58,446 nt of DNA from the NCBI GenBank assembly GCA_014730345.1, contig WJIJ01000086.1, forward strand, positions 1 to 58,446, written 5' to 3'. Below the pieces are notes generated by a model, which did not search any database, was not told the DNA's origin, and worked only from the letters and a program-made list of their open reading frames with translations. Positions 57,265-58,446 of this stretch are shown piece by piece; position 1 is the stretch's first letter, and each line of letters opens with the position of its first letter. Source of the stretch: Candidatus Zixiibacteriota bacterium. Its GTDB lineage: Bacteria; Zixibacteria; MSB-5A5; UM-FILTER-46-8. The translations under genes were made by a program, and so were the position numbers.

Positions 57265-58446
57265 TTAAGGCTCATCGCCCTTCTCCTTCATCTTCGCCCA
57301 CCATTCCAGCCGCTTTTTTATCTCCCTCTCGTAACCGAATTTCCCCGGCTTGTAAAGCCTTTTATCCTTAATCTCCTCAGGCAGATAATCCTGCGGAATA
57401 TAGTGTTCCTCGCTGTCATGGTCATAGCGGTAATCTTTTCCGTAACCGATAGATTCCATCAATGCCGTGGGCGCGTTGCGGATAAACAGCGGCACCGGCA
57501 ATGCCCCGGTATCATCTACCGTTCTCTGCGCCTTCTTATACGCCGAGTAAAGCGAGTTCGATTTGGGGGCCGTAGCGAGATAAACAGCTACCTCCACCAG
57601 CGCCAGCTCCCCCTCCGGCGACCCGAGGAAATGATATGTCTCCTTTCCCGCGATCGCCACCTGCAAAGCGTTGGGATCAGCCAGCCCCACATCCTCCGCC
57701 GCGAAACGCACGAGCCGCCGGGCGAGATACATCGGGTCATCGCCGCCCTTGAGCATCCGGGTAAGGTAATAGACCGCCGCGTCCGGATCAGAACCGCGCA
57801 TACTCTTATGAAGCGCCGAAATCAAGTTGAAGTGCTCCTCGCCGCTTTTATCATATAATATAGACCGCTGGGCCGCCTTCTCCACCAGTTCCCGGTCTAT
57901 TCCCACCGCGCCGGAATCATCCATCTTCCCCGTCTCCGCGCAGAACTCCAGCATGTTATACGCCTTGCGGGCGTCGCCATCGGCGATATTGACAATCATC
58001 TCCAAAGCCGAATCTTCCAGCGTTATCTTCTTATTTCCCAACCCCTTTTCTCTATCCGCCAACGCCCTTTCGATAAGCCGTTTTATCTGCGCCCCGGAAA
58101 GTTTCTTCAAAATATACACCCTGCAACGGGATAGAAGCGCGGCGTTGACCTCGAACGACGGGTTCTCGGTGGTGGCCCCTATCAGGATTATATCTCCACT
58201 CTCGATATACGGCAGGAACGCGTCCTGCTGGGCTTTGTTGAAACGGTGTATCTCATCGACGAAAAGGATAGTCCGCTCCCCGGAGAATTTACGCCGTTTC
58301 TTGGCCGCTGAAATAACTTCTTTTATCTCCTTGATTCCGGAGACCACCGCGGAGTAGGAAAGGAAAGTCATGCCGGTACGGTTGGCGATTATGCGGGCGA
58401 TGGTGGTTTTCCCCGAGCCGGGGGGGCCCCAGAAAATCATGGAACC
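57265..58446 (-). CDS. rarA: Replication-associated recombination protein A (AAA+), 5' end beyond the window
   Basis: SMIFWGPPGSGKTT, FVDEIHRFNKAQQD, ATTENPSF, SALHKSMRGSDPDA, EDVGLADP; frame stays open to the window edge. Confidence 0.95.
   Translation of the reverse strand, partial: GSMIFWGPPGSGKTTIARIIANRTGMTFLSYSAVVSGIKEIKEVISAAKKRRKFSGERTILFVDEIHRFNKAQQDAFLPYIESGDIILIGATTENPSFEVNAALLSRCRVYILKKLSGAQIKRLIERALADREKGLGNKKITLEDSALEMIVNIADGDARKAYNMLEFCAETGKMDDSGAVGIDRELVEKAAQRSILYDKSGEEHFNLISALHKSMRGSDPDAAVYYLTRMLKGGDDPMYLARRLVRFAAEDVGLADPNALQVAIAGKETYHFLGSPEGELALVEVAVYLATAPKSNSLYSAYKKAQRTVDDTGALPVPLFIRNAPTALMESIGYGKDYRYDHDSEEHYIPQDYLPEEIKDKRLYKPGKFGYEREIKKRLEWWAKMKEKGDEP

Noticed and set aside
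1-58446. CRISPR array, tRNA/rRNA, IS, integron or prophage
   Set aside because: No regularly spaced repeats, cloverleaf or rRNA signatures, transposase, integrase or phage genes were seen by eye. A covariance-model scan would be needed to exclude small RNAs fully.

Overview
This is a gene-dense bacterial chromosomal segment with about 40 CDS and no rRNA, tRNA, CRISPR array, transposase, integrase or prophage that I can support. Six proteins carry a C-terminal (N/A)YPNPFN...K.M.LLK sorting domain (T9SS type A / FlgD-Ig-like), which suggests an FCB-group organism, Zixibacteria-like by inference only. Contents in order: DUF1566 secreted protein; ThDP enzyme plus SSADH-like pair; DUF1573 protein interrupted by an in-frame TGA; clan GH-A lipoprotein; 1030-aa S8 protease; priming sugar transferase plus WecB/TagA; a convergent flavoprotein-FeS / GT2 / GT-C / TIGR04282 / DUF547 / TIGR04283 cluster; htpG; mscS; three secreted hydrolase or beta-helix proteins; octaheme OTR plus cytochrome b; MCP; PAS-LuxR; TonB receptor; a Wzx/Wzy polysaccharide locus with rfbF and three C-methyltransferases; ridA; partial rarA. 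Best leads: (1) a probable exported selenoprotein that the ORF track splits in two (TGA in a T-U-G-C motif, with a SECIS-like hairpin); (2) a ~105-aa 'MIPD' module shared by four unrelated secreted cargos; (3) a sugar transferase that seems to need an ATT start, behind a consensus sigma70 promoter and a structured leader; (4) a BY-kinase lacking its Walker A lysine; (5) the unexplained glycosylation/redox cluster, which includes a circularly permuted flavoprotein; (6) a cyanobacterial-type 2-oxoglutarate decarboxylase/SSADH pair. All family calls come from motif recognition, not database searches.
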